Assembly: GCA_000934665.2 (NCBI GenBank)
Contig: KZ538124.1
Location: 62,001-120,685, forward strand
Length of the DNA stretch: 58,685 nt
DNA from: Catajapyx aquilonaris
Lineage: Eukaryota
Direction: 5' to 3'
Shown: positions 55,317 through 58,685 of the stretch, in pieces
Numbering within the stretch: the first letter of the stretch is position 1
Layout of the letters: the number at the start of each line of letters is the position of its first letter
The notes under the pieces: generated by a model
Told to the model about the DNA's origin: nothing
Seen by the model: the letters and a program-made list of their open reading frames with translations, nothing else
Databases searched by the model: none
Translations under genes and position numbers: made by a program

Positions 55317-55763
55317 CTGTAAAAGACAGTGCTCAATATTAAAAGTACTGAAATTATGCCACTCATTCATTTCACTGACTGTGACATTGGCATCACACTG
55401 GCTCACTTTGTGGAAATGTATTATTATTTAACACCACTAAATATTTTGCCAATAATGTCAAATAAAAGGCTAGTGATAGCAATTATGACCTCTAATGAGA
55501 CTATTTGCATGCAGACATTGCTCTGATGTGACCAAGAAGAAGGTGCTAATCAACAATATCTCCTGTAAGAGCAAGTTGTGTGACCTACAGTTGACTCCTT
55601 CCATTTCCCAAAAATGTTCGGTCCCAAACAATTTTCCTCTCTATGAACAGAAGTGTATAAAATATCCTCCATAAGGGCCACGCAAGTGTCTCATACTGGA
55701 AATGGACAAGTTTCAACTACATCCAGGGTCCATTACAGGCAGATTGCACTGTGCATCCTTTAA

Positions 55764-55816
<53 letters not shown>
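55764..55816. repeat. (AAT)n microsatellite
   Basis: Pure trinucleotide run upstream of the penultimate TEX11-like exon, presumably intronic. Confidence 0.97.
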
Positions 55817-55819
<3 letters not shown>

Positions 55820-55960
55820 TAAATAAAAACAACTTTTGCATCAATAGAAATGAGCAATCTGTAATACTGAATTTATCACTGATCATACAACTCACCCTAC
55901 AAAATATTTAAACTAAAATCTCAAAATCTCAAATATTTTAACACCCTGATTTTGTAAGTA

Positions 55961-56055
55961 CAGGGTGTTCCAGAGTTGACGACTCACTCTTTGAAACACA
56001 ATTACTTTTGAACGGAACAACATATTTATTTAAAGTACGTACCGAAACATCAAGG
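55961..56055 (+). repeat. Left terminal inverted repeat (95 bp)
   Basis: Reverse complement of 56625-56719 at 90/95 positions by manual alignment. Confidence 0.95.
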
Positions 56056-56118
56056 GAGGGTGCGAAAATCTTCCATGTAGGTGGCAGTACTAAGAAATGC
56101 TCAGGTCTTGCAACAAAA

Positions 56119-56614
56119 ATGGCCGAAGCAAGACTGTCGTTAGAGAAACGTGTCCAGTGTGTTCGATTGTTTTCAGTGACAAAAAATGTTACAGAAGTGT
56201 GCCGTCAAATGGCAAACCTTTTCGGTGGACCGGCTCCTACCCGAAAAACTGTTGCGAGGATAAACCAACGGTTCGATGAAACTGGAAGTGTCTTGGATCA
56301 AAAGAAACCCGGCAAATGGAGAACAGTTGTGAATGCAGAAAACAAACAGCGCATCCGAGATGCACTGGAAAGTTCTCCAGCAAAAGCAAAATCAGTCCGA
56401 TGCCTGGTGGGGTTATCTGAAGGAAAAGGTTTACCAGTATTACCACCATCGAATCGGCTCCCTGGAGCATCTGCGTGACATAATCACACAAGAGTTCAAC
56501 GCGATCCCTGTTGACTTCTGTCGGAAGGTGTGCGACAACGTCGCCTTGCGATTGCAGGCCTGCATCGACGTGGAAGGGGGGGTGGTTGACCATACCATGG
56601 AGAACAGGTCTTAA
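56119..56614 (+). pseudogene. Transposase with the catalytic core deleted
   Basis: 56119-56400 encodes an HTH-type N-terminus (MAEARLSLEKRVQCV...PTRKTVARINQRFDETGSVLD...PG.WRTV...SPAKAKSVR). From 56399, in another frame, comes the C-terminus DAWWGYLKEKVY...LEHLRDII...RLQACIDVEGG..DH-stop. The region between them is missing. Confidence 0.9.
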
Positions 56615-56624
56615 GTTAGTATTT

Positions 56625-56719
56625 CCTTGATGTTTTGGTACGTACATTAAATAAATATGTTATTCCGTTCGAAAGTAATTGCGTTTCAAAGAGTGAGTCG
56701 TCAACTCTGGAACACCCTG
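56625..56719 (-). repeat. Right terminal inverted repeat (95 bp)
   Basis: Reverse complement of 55961-56055 at 90/95 positions. Confidence 0.95.
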
Positions 56720-58021
56720 TACAATATTGTTAGTGAATCAATAAATATTCACATAGTACAATATTACTGTGACACCTTCAAAGGGTAAAACAAAATCCAC
56801 ACTTTAAATTTTTTTTCTGCCATTTATACTTAAACTCAACAGAAAACTACAATTATCCACAGGCACTTAGAAAGTTACTTGTTGAGCCCATTCAGGTAGC
56901 ATAAACCATTCTTAAATAAATTCTCTATAGTACTTTCCGCTGCACATACTGTTGGCTCCTATTAGCTTACATTGGCAAAACTATTTTCATAACACGAAAA
57001 GTTGATTTCTTGCAATTTGATAACTGGAAACTAAAAAGATAGAGTCACCAAAGGCAGGGATTGGTCTCGACAAATTATAAAAATGACAAAAAATAGTATA
57101 GTTATAAGTTTGTGCTGTTTGAATGGGCCTTTGTTGTTTTTGCTTGTGTCAGTGTATGGCCATGTAAGTCAGGCAGGTGTGCAAACCATGCTCAAGAAAT
57201 CTGTGCAAACCCAGGTGCATTAGTTGGACCCATCATTTCAATCAATAAATATTTTGCAGGCTTCAGTATTGCATAAGCAAACACCTCCCATGCAGTTACG
57301 TATCAGTATCTACAAAGCTGAACTTCGCATAACAATTATGTCCTGACTCACCTGGCTTGTATTTCAAGGCAGCTGTCATATGCATCAAATATGTGAACAA
57401 TAAACATGTCTATAATTATTTTTAAAACACTTTACCTGGCACATAGTAGGGGGCTTATCATACTGAATCAAAAGGAACATTTGCAATAACATGTTTTACT
57501 GATATGGCTGGTAGGTGTCACACTGTACTGTACATTATCATTAAGATCACCACTTGGTAAGGCTTAATCACTGCACTCAGAAAACTCCTAAATCAATTCA
57601 TTTGCCAAATATACCTGATATCATAACCAGTAAGCTGCAAATAATATTGATATCCAGTTCCAACAAGTTCACTAGAATTTTGGTGATAATCTCAACTCTA
57701 ATGAAGTTACAATAGAAGTCTTCATGTGCGTTATTGTGCATCCATGCTTCAGCGCATGCAGACACCATTGGTTTTCCAGTGAACTCGCTAGAACCTTCTA
57801 ACATACATATCCATTTCGTTACACTACGCCACAACAATGCTTACTTGAACACTATTATTTATTAATAGGCCAATTCAGTACAATCTCCTGGCTTTCGTGG
57901 GTGTTTTTCATGTTCATAATGTTATTTCTAGAATCCAAATGAGAGGCAGAAGTGACCAACTGGACAGTTCCTTTAAAAAGCTTCATTATTATTCAATTTT
58001 AATAATTATTCTTCAAATATA

Positions 58022-58026
58022 ATAAC

Positions 58027-58101
<75 letters not shown>

Positions 58102-58302
58102 TCATACCCCGTTATCAGCCTTCGGCTCTTTAGGGGGGAAGTTTGTTTTGCCTGGAATGACGGAAACAACTCCGGACTTTTCCTGGAAGGACCGTGGGAA
58201 ACCACAGAAAACCACGGTCAGAGTTGCCGGCCCCGGGATATGATCCCAGGACCTCCCGATTAGCAGTCGGACACCATATCCCCTCCTCCAAACTGCTTCG
58301 GT
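58022..58302 (-). mobile_element. tRNA-derived SINE (~280 bp) with (ATT)n tail and 17-bp TSD
   Basis: Minus strand shows an A-box-like TGGAGGAGGGG, an anticodon arm TCCGA-CTGCTAA-TCGGG and a T-arm/B-box-like CTGGG-ATCATAT-CCCGG. A GGTTTTCTGTGGTTTCCC...CCAGG core of the kind seen in invertebrate SINEs follows, then an ~80-bp (ATT)n tail. ATTATTCTTCAAATATA is directly repeated at 58005-58021 and 58303-58319. Confidence 0.9.
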
Positions 58303-58319
58303 ATTATTCTTCAAATATA

Positions 58320-58685
58320 CAGGGTGTTTATTGTAACTCTGCAAAGACTTTCAGGGGTAATAGAGGAGACCAAGACAAAAAATTTTGACATAGGAACCCG
58401 TGTCCGGAAACGCCATCTAGAGGGGGTTCATAGACAAGGAACGGGTGCGCTCAGACGCGTCACGCGGGAGGTGCTAGGTGAGCGGACTGTTTTGTTGATA
58501 GATAGATTGCAGTTGTTGCCAGGTTATTGCGTATCGCATCGTTGTTTGCTTACAACAACGCGATACGCCATAACCTGGCAACAACACATCCGCTGTTGGC
58601 TATCCACGCATCTCCTAGGAGGCGTACTTTAGTTGCTAGATGGCTCTGCTGTTGCCAGGTTATGGCACATCGCATCGATGTTTAC
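58320..58685 (+). mobile_element. Left part of a Tc1/mariner-type element or MITE, running off the window end
   Basis: TA|CAGGGTGTTT start, followed by subterminal sequence and three copies of a ~34-bp internal repeat. The right TIR is not in the window. Confidence 0.65.

Larger units (their letters stand above)
55961..56719 (+). mobile_element. Internally deleted, non-autonomous Tc1/mariner-superfamily DNA transposon (759 bp; DDxD type, rosa/maT-like)
   Basis: TA at 55959-60 and 56720-21; 95-bp TIRs starting CAGGGTGTTCCAGAGTTGACG with 5 mismatches; transposase N- and C-terminal fragments inside. Confidence 0.95.

Noticed and set aside
58226..58296. Possible tRNA-Ser(GCT) gene
   Set aside because: Degenerate T-loop, poor acceptor stem, no long variable arm, and embedded in an element with a tail and TSD; it is a SINE head.
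1..58685. CRISPR arrays, operons, rRNA or other prokaryotic systems
   Set aside because: No regularly spaced repeats or dense coding; spliceosomal introns, a SINE and microsatellites show this is eukaryotic DNA.

Overview
Eukaryotic, probably invertebrate, genomic DNA that is almost entirely non-coding; nearly all six-frame ORFs look like chance or low-complexity frames. The only host gene I can support is the 3' end of a minus-strand TEX11/ZIP4 (SPO22)-like meiotic TPR gene. It has two spliced exons (55316-55240 and 54855-54708) that join in frame and that the ORF track does not assemble. The last ~5 kb is rich in transposons: a decayed mariner, a 759-bp internally deleted Tc1/mariner-superfamily element with 95-bp TIRs, a tRNA-derived SINE with a 17-bp TSD, and the left part of another Tc1/mariner-type element carrying a long hairpin. 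The first ~53 kb has no recognisable coding sequence and few recognisable TEs (one 82-bp Harbinger-like MITE and a few orphan TIR ends). It holds GC-richer blocks with motif clusters, palindromes and G-tracts, consistent with a gene desert or very large intron. I found no convincing novel multi-gene system; the most interesting items are listed as testable hypotheses.
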